From: a virus
Taxonomy: Duplodnaviria; Caudoviricetes
IMG/VR virus record: IMGVR_UViG_3300038530_003247
Coordinates: 1-64,000 of that record
Length of the DNA stretch: 64,000 bases
Reading direction: 5' to 3' (one strand)
Shown here piece by piece: positions 19,301 to 28,267 of this stretch (positions within the stretch are counted from its first letter, which is position 1; the number at the start of each line of letters is the position of its first letter). The notes under the pieces are model-generated. The model made no database searches. It was not told where the DNA came from and saw only the letters and a program-made list of their open reading frames with translations. The translations under genes were made by a program, and so were the position numbers.

Positions 19301-19622
19301 TTGAAGTCTCCGATGCGATACCAGGTCCTAGGTAAGTTTCAGAGAACTGAAATGCGGCTCCTGGCGTTACGATTGAGTATTCAGTATCAGGTCCAGGATT
19401 GGACGGGATGTGAATATTGGTACCAGACACGGTGTAGGATTCACCTGTACTATATTCAATTTGTCGAATGGATTCGACTAATGTAGTTTTGGTGGTTGTT
19501 TCAGAGGTAACTGTTCCTCTGGTGAAGTTTGGAACCACACTTGCTGAATGTGATGGTTGGGAGAACCCATGAAGAACCCCCAATAGACCACCTACTAAGA
19601 TAGCCAAAGGGAGATCTTTCAT
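19242..19622 (-). CDS. Secreted Thr-rich hypothetical protein
   Basis: Signal peptide; ends ...SISVFTQ. Confidence 0.65.
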   Translation of the reverse strand: MKDLPLAILVGGLLGVLHGFSQPSHSASVVPNFTRGTVTSETTTKTTLVESIRQIEYSTGESYTVSGTNIHIPSNPGPDTEYSIVTPGAAFQFSETYLGPGIASETSIDRTTTVESFTTSISVFTQ

Positions 19623-20122
19623 TACTTAAATACCGAGAGTTCAAGGGTTCGTTGGCCAATGGCAACTGTTCCAGGTCCACCAGCGGTTACTGTCGGAACT
19701 CCAGTTCCACTCAGTGTTCCGGCAAGGTCTCCTGCGGTTCCACCTGCATTGGTGACCGAGTCACCATAAAGGTTTGGTGAGGCAAATCTTCCGTGTGATG
19801 AGATGGTTGCTTGTGATGTTACTGGGTCATCTCCAATTGTGATGCTTTCGGTGAAAGAGAAAGCAGATCCATCTGTTGACACGTCATAACTTCCAGCTGT
19901 AACCGTTGCTGCGGCGGAACTCGATCCACCACTCAACCCACCCAGTGTCGTGATGCTGATATTAGATCCAGAAACAGAATAACTCGATCCCATTCGAGTT
20001 GACTGAACTGCTGCTCCATCAACGGTCAATTGAACGGAGTCAACAAGTCTTGAACTAATCTCAGCTGCAGAGACTGGTGATACAAGAAATAAAGTAGAAG
20101 CAAGAAGGAGTAATCTCTTCAT
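19622..20122 (-). CDS. Secreted Ser/Gly/Thr-rich hypothetical protein
   Basis: Signal peptide MKRLLLLAS...VSA; ends ...LSVFK; minus-strand TAAATA at 20147-20152. Confidence 0.65.
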   Translation of the reverse strand: MKRLLLLASTLFLVSPVSAAEISSRLVDSVQLTVDGAAVQSTRMGSSYSVSGSNISITTLGGLSGGSSSAAATVTAGSYDVSTDGSAFSFTESITIGDDPVTSQATISSHGRFASPNLYGDSVTNAGGTAGDLAGTLSGTGVPTVTAGGPGTVAIGQRTLELSVFK

Positions 20123-20210
20123 TTGTTCGTACTTATTGGGCAAATCTATTTAGAAATATTCTTATTCAATCTTCGCTATTGTTAAATAGATTAGTTTACT
20201 GGTCAAAATC

Positions 20211-20483
20211 ATGCAAAAACTCATTAATGTTTTAGCAGTTCTATCATTCGTTGGTGTTGCAGGCATCTACGGTGGTGGATACTATGTTTACTCTCAAAAA
20301 GATGCCATCGTTGATAATATCAAAACTCAAATTATGGAAGCTGCCGTCGGCGGAGTTGCTGGTGCACTTCCTGGTCTGATGGGTGGAACTCCGGAGTTGC
20401 CTGGTGTAGAGTTGCCTGGTGCGAAACCTGGAGCGATTGGAACACCCTCACCCCTGCCTCTGCCTTCTGCCTCTCCCTTCTGA
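20211..20483 (+). CDS. Single-pass membrane protein with Pro/Gly tail
   Basis: N-terminal hydrophobic helix; TAAATA at about 20183. Confidence 0.65.
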   Translation: MQKLINVLAVLSFVGVAGIYGGGYYVYSQKDAIVDNIKTQIMEAAVGGVAGALPGLMGGTPELPGVELPGAKPGAIGTPSPLPLPSASPF

Positions 20484-20514
20484 GTAGGGACAGAAGTGAA
20501 AGTGGTCAGTGGAT

Positions 20515-20548
20515 TTGATTAAACGCCTGTTAGGGGTTATACTAAATA
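20515..20548 (+). promoter_or_regulatory. Overlapping early and late promoters of psbA
   Basis: TTGATT-17 nt-TATACT overlapping TAAATA. Confidence 0.65.
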
Positions 20549-20591
20549 AAGTTACGAAACACATATAAAGTTTTGTAACTTACACTCCTCA

Positions 20592-20685
20592 AACCGAGAC
20601 CTATAGGGTGTCTAAACGCGTCTCTAATACCTCCGCCTGAGGGTGGCAGAGGAATAATATACCCAGTGTCCCTGCACTAGTACCT
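20592..20685 (+). ncRNA. Structured psbA 5' leader, probably the PhotoRC-II RNA motif
   Basis: Stems GAGAC...GTCTC and CCTCCGCC...GGCAGAGG directly upstream of psbA, the known context of this motif. Recognised from memory; boundaries approximate. Confidence 0.6.
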
Positions 20686-20698
20686 AACCCTTTTTCAA

Positions 20699-21781
20699 AT
20701 GTCTAATTCGATTCAAATGGGACGTCAGTCCCAATCCACTTGGGATAATTTCTGCGAGTGGGTAACTTCTACCAATAACCGCCTCTATGTCGGTTGGTTC
20801 GGTGTGTTGATGATCCCAACTCTGTTGGCAGCAACCGTCTGTTTCATCACCGCCTTCGTCGCTGCTCCCCCGGTGGACATCGACGGCATCCGTGAACCCG
20901 TCGCTGGCTCACTCATGTACGGAAACAACATCATCTCTGGTGCAGTTGTTCCCTCTTCCAACGCAATTGGTCTTCACTTCTATCCCATCTGGGAAGCCGC
21001 ATCGCTCGACGAGTGGCTGTATAACGGTGGTCCTTACCAACTTGTAGTCTTTCACTTTCTTCTTGGCGTTTTTGCCTATATGGGTCGTGAGTGGGAACTT
21101 TCTTACCGTCTTGGAATGCGCCCTTGGATCTGTGTGGCATATTCCGCTCCTGTTGCTGCTGCCGCAGCAGTGTTCCTTGTTTATCCTTTTGGTCAAGGAA
21201 GTTTCTCAGATGGAATGCCTCTCGGTATCTCTGGAACATTCAATTACATGCTTGTCTTCCAAGCTGAGCACAACATCCTGATGCACCCCTTCCACATGTT
21301 GGGTGTCGCTGGTGTCTTCGGTGGTTCTCTGTTCTCCGCGATGCACGGTTCACTCGTAACCTCTTCGCTGGTTCGTGAAACAACTGAAACCGAGTCTCAG
21401 AACTATGGTTACAAGTTCGGTCAAGAAGAAGAGACCTACAACATTGTTGCAGCTCATGGATATTTCGGACGACTCATCTTCCAGTACGCCTCCTTCAACA
21501 ACTCCAGAAGTCTCCACTTCTTCCTCGCAGCCTGGCCGGTCATTGGCATCTGGTTCACGGCACTTGGCGTTTCAACCATGGCTTTCAATCTCAACGGATT
21601 CAACTTCAATCAATCCATTGTTGAGAGTCAAGGTCGAGTTGTGAACACCTGGGCAGACGTTCTGAACAGAGCTGGTCTTGGAATGGAAGTAATGCACGAG
21701 CGTAACGCTCACAACTTCCCTCTGGACCTGGCAGCTGTTGAGAACACCCCTGTCGCTCTTACCGCTCCTTCTATTGGTTGA
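20699..21781 (+). CDS. psbA: Photosystem II D1 protein (E130 high-light-type form, no intron)
   Basis: [15 protein letters not shown] and [14 protein letters not shown] motifs. Confidence 0.99.
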   Translation: MSNSIQMGRQSQSTWDNFCEWVTSTNNRLYVGWFGVLMIPTLLAATVCFITAFVAAPPVDIDGIREPVAGSLMYGNNIISGAVVPSSNAIGLHFYPIWEAASLDEWLYNGGPYQLVVFHFLLGVFAYMGREWELSYRLGMRPWICVAYSAPVAAAAAVFLVYPFGQGSFSDGMPLGISGTFNYMLVFQAEHNILMHPFHMLGVAGVFGGSLFSAMHGSLVTSSLVRETTETESQNYGYKFGQEEETYNIVAAHGYFGRLIFQYASFNNSRSLHFFLAAWPVIGIWFTALGVSTMAFNLNGFNFNQSIVESQGRVVNTWADVLNRAGLGMEVMHERNAHNFPLDLAAVENTPVALTAPSIG

Positions 21782-21785
21782 TAAC

Positions 21786-21995
21786 ATGACAGAACTGATT
21801 ACTTACTATGTAATCACTGCACTTCTGATCGTCGGGGCTCCGGCGATCTTTTTTATTATTGTATTCATGCCAGCCCTTCAGAACACGAAAGGTCGTATGG
21901 TTGGATACAGAGATCATAAGAAGTACGGTGATTCCTCTATCTACGAGAACACACCAAGTGACAATACTAATTTCTTTCTATCCCTATCCAAATAA
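21786..21995 (+). CDS. Small single-pass membrane protein (69 aa)
   Basis: ATG just after the psbA stop; followed by a terminator. Confidence 0.65.
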   Translation: MTELITYYVITALLIVGAPAIFFIIVFMPALQNTKGRMVGYRDHKKYGDSSIYENTPSDNTNFFLSLSK

Positions 21996-22002
21996 GTGAA
22001 TA

Positions 22003-22031
22003 AAAAGAGGGTCGTTAGACCCTCTTTTTTT
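22003..22031 (+). terminator. Intrinsic terminator, possibly bidirectional
   Basis: AAAAGAGGGTC-GTTA-GACCCTCTTTT followed by a T run. Confidence 0.85.
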
Positions 22032-22083
22032 ATGAATAAATATCAGTCTTGGTAGGTTGATTAAATCACAGTATAAATACCGA

Positions 22084-22117
22084 TTGACCTCCTATGTAAA
22101 GTTATGTAAACTAAATA
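22084..22117 (+). promoter_or_regulatory. psbD early plus late promoter containing an HLR1 (RpaB) site
   Basis: TTGACC-17 nt-TAAACT then TAAATA; the minus strand of 22093-22110 reads TTTACATA-AC-TTTACATA. Confidence 0.7.
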
Positions 22118-22147
22118 TGTAAGAACACATGGAGGTTAATCTAAATT

Positions 22148-23203
22148 TTGACAACTTCAACCTTAAACATTCCGCAGCGAGGTTGGTTCGATGCCCTTGA
22201 TGACTGGCTTAAACGAGATCGCTTTGTCTTTGTGGGTTGGTCTGGACTACTTCTTTTTCCCACTGCTTATCTTGCAATTGGGGGCTGGCTTACTGGCACG
22301 TCGTTTGTTACAAGCTGGTACACCCACGGACTTGCAAGTAGTTACCTTGAGGGTGCTAATTTCCTTACAGCGGCTGTGTCAACGCCTGCTGACGTTATGG
22401 GTCATTCTCTTCTTCTACTTTGGGGTCCTGAGGCTCAGGGAGATTTCGTCCGCTGGTGCCAACTTGGAGGGCTTTGGACCTTTGTTGCTCTCCACGGTGC
22501 ATTTGCATTGATTGGCTTCATGCTCAGACAATTTGAGATAAGTAGATTAGTAGGTATTCGTCCGTACAATGCGATCGCTTTTTCTGGTCCTATTGCTGTA
22601 TTTGTGTCTGTATTCCTCATCTATCCTCTCGGACAATCGTCTTGGTTCTTTGCGCCGAGTTTCGGTGTCGCGGCAATATTCCGCTTCCTTCTCTTCCTCC
22701 AGGGCTTTCATAATTGGACGCTCAATCCCTTCCATATGATGGGAGTAGCAGGTATCCTGGGAGGGGCTTTACTTTCTGCCATTCATGGCGTTACAGTGGA
22801 AAATACCCTGTATGAAGATGGTGACCAAGCAAACACGTTCAAAGCGTTTGATTCGACGCAAGAAGAGGAAACTTACTCGATGGTTACGGCGAACCGTTTC
22901 TGGTCGCAAATCTTCGGTATTGCTTTTAGTAATAAGCGTTGGCTCCATTTCTTTATGTTATTTGTTCCCGTTATGGGGCTCTGGACCTCTAGCATTGGGA
23001 TTATTGGTCTGGCTCTTAATCTTAGAGCTTATGACTTCGTATCCCAGGAATTGAGAGCTGCAGAAGATCCTGAGTTCGAGACTTTCTACACTAAAAACAT
23101 TCTCCTAAACGAAGGTCTCCGGAACTGGATGGCTCCTGTGGACCAACCTCATGAACAATTTGTGTTCCCAGAAGAGGTTCTCCCAAGAGGCAACGCACTG
23201 TGA
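22148..23203 (+). CDS. psbD: Photosystem II D2 protein
   Basis: [16 protein letters not shown] and [12 protein letters not shown] motifs; TTG start with GGAGG RBS. Confidence 0.99.
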   Translation: MTTSTLNIPQRGWFDALDDWLKRDRFVFVGWSGLLLFPTAYLAIGGWLTGTSFVTSWYTHGLASSYLEGANFLTAAVSTPADVMGHSLLLLWGPEAQGDFVRWCQLGGLWTFVALHGAFALIGFMLRQFEISRLVGIRPYNAIAFSGPIAVFVSVFLIYPLGQSSWFFAPSFGVAAIFRFLLFLQGFHNWTLNPFHMMGVAGILGGALLSAIHGVTVENTLYEDGDQANTFKAFDSTQEEETYSMVTANRFWSQIFGIAFSNKRWLHFFMLFVPVMGLWTSSIGIIGLALNLRAYDFVSQELRAAEDPEFETFYTKNILLNEGLRNWMAPVDQPHEQFVFPEEVLPRGNAL

Positions 23204-23598
23204 TTAGTTCATTAGGGTTCTTACTGCTTCGTCTTTCTATTGGCATCATGCTCATTCACCATGGGTATGAGAAACTAGACAACATTGAAAACTTTGCTGA
23301 TGCATTTGTGAGACCACTCCACCTACCCTTCCCAGTGCTGTTGTCCTATGTGGCAGCAGCATCCGAAATCGTTGGAAGTTGGATGTTAATCACTGGTCTG
23401 GGTACTCGTCTGGGTGCCCTGGCTATCTTGGGAACAATTTCAATTGCCATCTATCATGCTATTGTAACATCCGGCTTCAACATATATTTGCTTGAACTCC
23501 TAGTATTATACTGGGGCGGTGCTTCATGTGTGATATTAAATGGAGGAGGTAAGTTCTCCCTAGACCATCTCATACGATTGAGGTTATCCAATGACTAA
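23200..23598 (+). CDS. DoxX family membrane protein
   Basis: [18 protein letters not shown]...G...GLGTRLGA and GGGKFSLD motifs. Confidence 0.85.
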   Translation: MISSLGFLLLRLSIGIMLIHHGYEKLDNIENFADAFVRPLHLPFPVLLSYVAAASEIVGSWMLITGLGTRLGALAILGTISIAIYHAIVTSGFNIYLLELLVLYWGGASCVILNGGGKFSLDHLIRLRLSND

Positions 23599-23836
23599 AT
23601 CACTTTTCAGTTTCATCTTTGCAGCTCTACTGTGGGTTCAAGTTCCACAATGGAGTGATGATTGGTCTAAGTGTGCAGTTGATGTTCCTGATGTTGATTG
23701 TCACTGGTATGTGGTTGCTCCTGATAATACTTTCGGTGAAGGATTTAGTTGGGCGAACGCTCCCTGGTTCTCTGCTGAAGGACTCAGGGACGTCGGTGAA
23801 CTACATCAAACTGTAAAAACGCTACAAGAAACATAA
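23591..23836 (+). CDS. Hypothetical exported protein
   Basis: Hydrophobic N-terminus, Trp/Cys-rich; overlaps the DoxX stop. Confidence 0.7.
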   Translation: MTKSLFSFIFAALLWVQVPQWSDDWSKCAVDVPDVDCHWYVVAPDNTFGEGFSWANAPWFSAEGLRDVGELHQTVKTLQET

Positions 23837-23907
23837 ACAATTTGTGTTCCCACAAGAGGTTCTCCAAAAAGGTAATGAACTGTAAACTTAAGTTAGGAAT
23901 TCAACAC

Positions 23908-23932
23908 GAGGGAGTAGACACTCCCTTTTTTT
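23908..23932 (+). terminator. Intrinsic terminator
   Basis: GGGAGT-AGAC-ACTCCC followed by a T run. Confidence 0.8.
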
Positions 23933-23964
23933 ATGCCTAAACTAGTATGTAATAGCCAATAAAA

Positions 23965-24201
23965 ATGGACAAGAAGACTGAGGAGGAAAGAAAAAGAGAA
24001 GCAGAAAGAATCACAAGGCACATCCATCCACATGATGATGAGCCTGATCCTACTGCCAACATGGGGAACTATAACTTCCCGCAAATGTTATTTGCATTCT
24101 GCTTGGGGTTTGTTACCATGTTTGTTTTATCAGTAAAAGAAATAGATAACTTTAAGGGGTGTCCACTACCAGAGTATTTTCAAAATGAGGTCAAAGGATG
24201 A
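23965..24201 (+). CDS. Small membrane protein
   Basis: One hydrophobic segment; first gene of a coupled run. Confidence 0.6.
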   Translation: MDKKTEEERKREAERITRHIHPHDDEPDPTANMGNYNFPQMLFAFCLGFVTMFVLSVKEIDNFKGCPLPEYFQNEVKG

Positions 24202-24410
24202 AATATCAACTGGCACTTGTACTTTGTTTTGTACCCCTTGCTATAATTTACATAGTGTTAAAACTAGCAGTATGGATGTCCGCCGTAAATTCCGAATCGG
24301 ATTATGTCAAACAAGAACCTTTTCGCAAACGAGGACCCTATGTGGCAGACCCATATGCAGACGTTGATGAGGAGGAAAAGGAGTATGGAGATCGCACAGA
24401 CTATCGATAA
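24198..24410 (+). CDS. Small membrane protein
   Basis: ATGA overlap; N-terminal hydrophobic helix. Confidence 0.6.
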   Translation: MKYQLALVLCFVPLAIIYIVLKLAVWMSAVNSESDYVKQEPFRKRGPYVADPYADVDEEEKEYGDRTDYR

Positions 24411-24531
24411 GGTCCTTGAGGACTATTACTCTGAGAAGGGTGAATCTGTACCAAATTGGAAACAACAAAAAGATCCACAGTGGTGGCTCGATTATCTTAA
24501 AGAACTAAACATCGATCAAAACAATTCATGA
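24385..24531 (+). CDS. Small hypothetical protein (48 aa)
   Basis: AAGGAG RBS; ATGA overlap with gnd. Confidence 0.55.
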   Translation: MEIAQTIDKVLEDYYSEKGESVPNWKQQKDPQWWLDYLKELNIDQNNS

Positions 24532-25562
24532 AAGTAGGAATCATCGGACTCGGTAGGATGGGAGAAGGAATGTCCCGTCGAATGATCAAACAAGGAATCG
24601 AAACAATCGGTTATCGGAGGAACTATGACAAAGCGAAACAACTCCAAGAAGACGGGGGTATTTCAGAGGCTGTCGATTCTCTGGAAACTCTTGTTCGGGT
24701 AGTCAGAAAAGATAAATTGGCAGGTGAGGTACCTGGTATCTTTCAACTTGTCATTCCAGCAGAACTAGTAGAGGACACCATCAATGAGTTACTACCATTA
24801 CTTGGCGACGGGGATATTGTTATTGATCATGGCAATAGCAACTTTAAAGACAGTCGGAGGCGAGCGATCCAGCTTGAAAAGTATGGCATCCAATATCTTG
24901 ACTGTGGTACTAGTGGTGGTGTTTACGGTTTGGAGCGTGGATTCTGTCTTATGGTTGGTGGTGCAGATCACGCAGTATCTGCATGTGCCCCCATTTTCAG
25001 AGCCCTTGCCCCTGGTATCTCGGCTGCCCCTCGCACAGATCCACTCAGTTACGCAACATCTGCAGAGTACGGTTGGCTCCACTGTGGACCAGCTGGAGCT
25101 GGTCATTTTGTAAAGATGGTTCACAATGGAGTTGAATATGGAATCATGCAAGCCTACGCCGAGGGCTTTAATATCTTGTATGAAGCTAATGCTGGGGCAA
25201 AGTACACCAAGGAGGGTGATGCTGAGGTGGCTCCGATGGCAGACCCGGAAAATTATCAGTACGACATTGATGTTTCTGAGGTGGCTGAGTTATGGAGGCG
25301 TGGTTCTGTGGTTGGTTCTTGGTTACTTGACCTTACCGCTAATGTATTACGCCGCGATCGAGAGCTTAGCAAGTTCGATGGAGGAGTATCAGACAGTGGT
25401 GAGGGTCGTTGGACTGTTCACAGTGCTGTGGATCTCGGTGTTCCAGCCCCTGTTATTACTACTGCTCTCTTCTCAAGATTTGAATCAAGACGACTTGGCA
25501 GATTTACAAACAAAGTCTTAAATGGAATGCGAGCAATGTTTGGAGGTCACGATGTCCGATAA
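24528..25562 (+). CDS. gnd: 6-phosphogluconate dehydrogenase (short form)
   Basis: GLGRMG Rossmann motif, DCGTSGG and GHFVKMVHNGVEY motifs. Confidence 0.96.
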   Translation: MKVGIIGLGRMGEGMSRRMIKQGIETIGYRRNYDKAKQLQEDGGISEAVDSLETLVRVVRKDKLAGEVPGIFQLVIPAELVEDTINELLPLLGDGDIVIDHGNSNFKDSRRRAIQLEKYGIQYLDCGTSGGVYGLERGFCLMVGGADHAVSACAPIFRALAPGISAAPRTDPLSYATSAEYGWLHCGPAGAGHFVKMVHNGVEYGIMQAYAEGFNILYEANAGAKYTKEGDAEVAPMADPENYQYDIDVSEVAELWRRGSVVGSWLLDLTANVLRRDRELSKFDGGVSDSGEGRWTVHSAVDLGVPAPVITTALFSRFESRRLGRFTNKVLNGMRAMFGGHDVR

Positions 25563-25632
25563 AACTCATTTTATCTGCACAAAGTGTGGTGGCAAAGGAT
25601 GCCAACACCACAATAAAGGATGGGAGAAATGA
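25552..25632 (+). CDS. 26-aa Cys/His micropeptide (MSDKTHFICTKCGGKGCQHHNKGWEK)
   Basis: GGAGG RBS; overlaps the gnd stop and the ptox start. Confidence 0.4.
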   Translation: MSDKTHFICTKCGGKGCQHHNKGWEK

Positions 25633-26132
25633 TGGAAAAGATAAACTGTATTGTACTTGATTGGACCGTCACCATACTCGACTTCCTTTACAGAGGTCGA
25701 GACTATCAAAGGTTTTGGGTTCTCGAAGAAATTGCTCGGGCACCCTACTTTGCTTTCTTGAGTGTTCTACATTTGAGAGAGTCTATGGGACTTAGAGGAC
25801 CTGATCATCTTTATTTGATGAAAGAACACTTCGCTCAAACAATCAATGAAACAGAGCATCTTGAATATATGGAAAGTCGGGGTGGTAATCGTTATTGGGT
25901 CGATCGCTTTGTCGCCAAACACCTCGTACTCATCTATTATTGGGTTAACGTGGTTTATTATTGGGTGGCTCCTCGTTCTGCATACCACCTGTCTTATGAG
26001 GTAGAGATTCATGCATCAGAAACATATGGTAAATATCTTGCTTTGAATGGCCATGACGACAAGATATTAGAGATCTTGAATGACGAACTGAATCATTCAC
26101 GAGAACTGAAACTTGCCATGGACAAAATATGA
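25629..26132 (+). CDS. ptox: Plastoquinol terminal oxidase (short cyanophage-type)
   Basis: LEEIARAPYFAF, NETEHL, EIHASETY and DELNH di-iron ligand motifs. Confidence 0.93.
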   Translation: MMEKINCIVLDWTVTILDFLYRGRDYQRFWVLEEIARAPYFAFLSVLHLRESMGLRGPDHLYLMKEHFAQTINETEHLEYMESRGGNRYWVDRFVAKHLVLIYYWVNVVYYWVAPRSAYHLSYEVEIHASETYGKYLALNGHDDKILEILNDELNHSRELKLAMDKI

Positions 26133-26260
26133 CTTTTGGAGATGTCTTACTTTGGGCAACAATACCCTTTGTACTATCCACGATACATTTCGGGATACGA
26201 AAAGGTGAGAATAACTACTATGAATCAGACAAGTATGATGGAAACGGAACCGCTCACTAG
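26129..26260 (+). CDS. ndhP: NDH-1L subunit NdhP (43 aa)
   Basis: MTFGDVLLWATIPFVLSTIHFGIRKGENNYYESDKYDGNGTAH: one TM helix plus a FG...Y..D.Y.GNG.AH terminus typical of NdhP; ATGA overlap with ptox. Confidence 0.8.
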   Translation: MTFGDVLLWATIPFVLSTIHFGIRKGENNYYESDKYDGNGTAH

Positions 26261-27578
26261 ACGTATCGTTATCTTCGGTGCCACTGGTGACCTTTGTAAA
26301 CGAAAACTTATCCCAGCACTCTATGAGTTGTGGAAGAAGGAACTCCTTCCACATAACATTCTGATTGTTGGTGCCTCTCGTCGAGAGTACACTAAAGAGT
26401 CTTGGTTAGAACATCTTGGTGATTATCCAGAAGAGTTCTGTTACTGGATGGACTTTATCTGTTGTGATCTTGATAGTCAAGAAAGTTTGAATCAGTTACA
26501 TGATGAGAGTGCTGACACAACTTACTTCTTATCTGTTCCACCAGAGAGGTACGAAAATGCTATCATCAATCTTAAAGAAGCTGGGTTCCTTGATGACCCA
26601 GATCACTCCAGAGTGGTTATCGAGAAACCCTTTGGGCACGATTCTAAATCTGCTGATCATCTACAGTCAGTGGTGGAGCGACATCTACGCGAAAAACAAG
26701 TCTATCGCATTGATCATTATCTCGGCAAAGATACTGTTAATAACATCCTTGCCACCCGCTTTGGCAATATTCTACTTGAACCACTTTGGAACAGGGAGTA
26801 CATAGAGGAGGTTCAGATCTTTGCAACGGAGACCATCGGTTGTGAAGGTCGATCTCAATACTATGAAACTGCAGGTGTTGTCAGAGACATGTTACAGAAT
26901 CATATGCTTCAAATTTTGTCATTGATTTCTATGGAAGCTCCTTGTCGAATGGACGCAAGAGAGATCCGTAGAGAGAAGACCAAAGTCCTTTCTGCAACTC
27001 GTTTGGGTGAAAAACTAATCTGTGGACAATATGATACATACCGTAATGAAGAGGGTGTTGATCCTCACAGTAATACTCCTACCTTTGTCGCTGGTGATAT
27101 TTACATTGATAACTGGCGTTGGAAGGGAGTTCCTTTTTACTTCATGACAGGCAAGAAGATGCCTTACCAGTGCGTTGAAGTTGTAGTTAAACTCAAAGCA
27201 CCCCCTGTTGGATTGTTTGAAGGTGAGATACCAGGTCGTATTGTAATGAGATTACAACCTCATGCACACCTTGATATTCAGATTGATGTGAAGTCTCCTG
27301 GAATGAGTGAGGAGGTTGAGTTGGCAACACTCACCCATCGTTATCCAGATTGGTTGGGGGTTGACGGTTATGAGAAGTTGCTTTATGATGCATTGTACGC
27401 AGATCAATCACACTTCGTTCACTCTGAAGAGGTTTTAGAATCATGGAGGATTGTTTCTGATCTGTTGTGTGTTGGGAACAAGTGCCCCATCAGAACAGCC
27501 CCATATACCCACAAAGAAGGATTATGGGGTCCGATTCATAAGGTAAATCAAATCACTAAGTGGGATTATCCGTCCTAG
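26235..27578 (+). CDS. zwf: Glucose-6-phosphate dehydrogenase
   Basis: GATGDL, EKPFG and RIDHYLGK motifs; start moved downstream of the ORF-track start. Confidence 0.96.
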   Translation: MMETEPLTRRIVIFGATGDLCKRKLIPALYELWKKELLPHNILIVGASRREYTKESWLEHLGDYPEEFCYWMDFICCDLDSQESLNQLHDESADTTYFLSVPPERYENAIINLKEAGFLDDPDHSRVVIEKPFGHDSKSADHLQSVVERHLREKQVYRIDHYLGKDTVNNILATRFGNILLEPLWNREYIEEVQIFATETIGCEGRSQYYETAGVVRDMLQNHMLQILSLISMEAPCRMDAREIRREKTKVLSATRLGEKLICGQYDTYRNEEGVDPHSNTPTFVAGDIYIDNWRWKGVPFYFMTGKKMPYQCVEVVVKLKAPPVGLFEGEIPGRIVMRLQPHAHLDIQIDVKSPGMSEEVELATLTHRYPDWLGVDGYEKLLYDALYADQSHFVHSEEVLESWRIVSDLLCVGNKCPIRTAPYTHKEGLWGPIHKVNQITKWDYPS

Positions 27579-27675
27579 TTTACAACATTGTAACTTTTTG
27601 TTACAATAAATAAATCACTGGGATGAAACGGCTCAACTACTCCCGCCAAGTTCCTATGAATCTAAAACTAGAATC

Positions 27676-27894
27676 ATGACTGTTACTACAAATGAGTTTG
27701 GCCAGAACAACATGTTCGCCAAAGAGCCAACAATGTACATTGACCCTATTACGGAGGAACAAATGAAAACTGAAACTTACGAAACTCACAACGAGAAAGC
27801 AGAAAAGCTGAACGGCCGTGTAGCGATGATGGGAATCATCGCAGCTCTTGGGGCATATGCGGTGACAGGTCAGATCATTCCTGGTCTGTGGTGA
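27676..27894 (+). CDS. hli: High-light-inducible protein
   Basis: AEKLNGRVAM and TGQIIPG motifs. Confidence 0.93.
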   Translation: MTVTTNEFGQNNMFAKEPTMYIDPITEEQMKTETYETHNEKAEKLNGRVAMMGIIAALGAYAVTGQIIPGLW

Positions 27895-28022
27895 ATGATT
27901 TGTTGGTCGTATCAGCGACATTAGTAGGGGGCTTCATCATAGCGGCCCTTTTGACTGAAGACATAGACGACGATGATCATGATGGTGGAATGATGATTCC
28001 AGCATACCAGAGACCCCAATAG
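27891..28022 (+). CDS. Small membrane peptide with acidic tail (43 aa)
   Basis: GTGA overlap with hli; TM helix followed by DDDDHDGGMMIP. Confidence 0.55.
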   Translation: MNDLLVVSATLVGGFIIAALLTEDIDDDDHDGGMMIPAYQRPQ

Positions 28023-28035
28023 GGGTTTCTTTTTT
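28011..28035 (+). terminator. Intrinsic terminator
   Basis: AGACCCC-AATA-GGGGTTT followed by a T run. Confidence 0.7.
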
Positions 28036-28066
28036 GCCTCTAAATACAATCATACAATACACTCAT

Positions 28067-28267
28067 ATGGAAGAAGATATCCCTTATATCCAGATGGATT
28101 TAGATGTTGAGGATGTTCGAATTCTTTATTCAGCCGTGAATAAGCATCTCGAAGTTTGGGCTGGTGGAAATTCAGAAGACCAGGCGAACCTCGTCAGAAT
28201 GAAGTACTTCCTGTTTCGGGTCTTGACAGAATTTAGTTACGACGGCAATCCCTATCATGGCGACTAG
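28067..28267 (+). CDS. Hypothetical protein
   Basis: Follows TAAATA at 28041. Confidence 0.6.
   Translation: MEEDIPYIQMDLDVEDVRILYSAVNKHLEVWAGGNSEDQANLVRMKYFLFRVLTEFSYDGNPYHGD

Larger units (their letters stand above)
23154..23885 (+). repeat. 50-bp imperfect direct repeat of the psbD 3' end (23154-23203 and 23836-23885)
   Basis: 43 of 50 positions identical by manual alignment. Confidence 0.85.

Noticed and set aside
20699-22147. Group I intron or homing endonuclease at psbA
   Set aside because: psbA is continuous at 360 aa and the downstream ORF is a small membrane protein.
26136-26234. N-terminal extension of zwf
   Set aside because: The region is better explained by ndhP in another frame; the G6PDH fold starts at RRIVIFGATGDL.
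27587-27607. Canonical NtcA site upstream of hli (and at 44945)
   Set aside because: The spacer is N9 rather than the N8 of the NtcA consensus.
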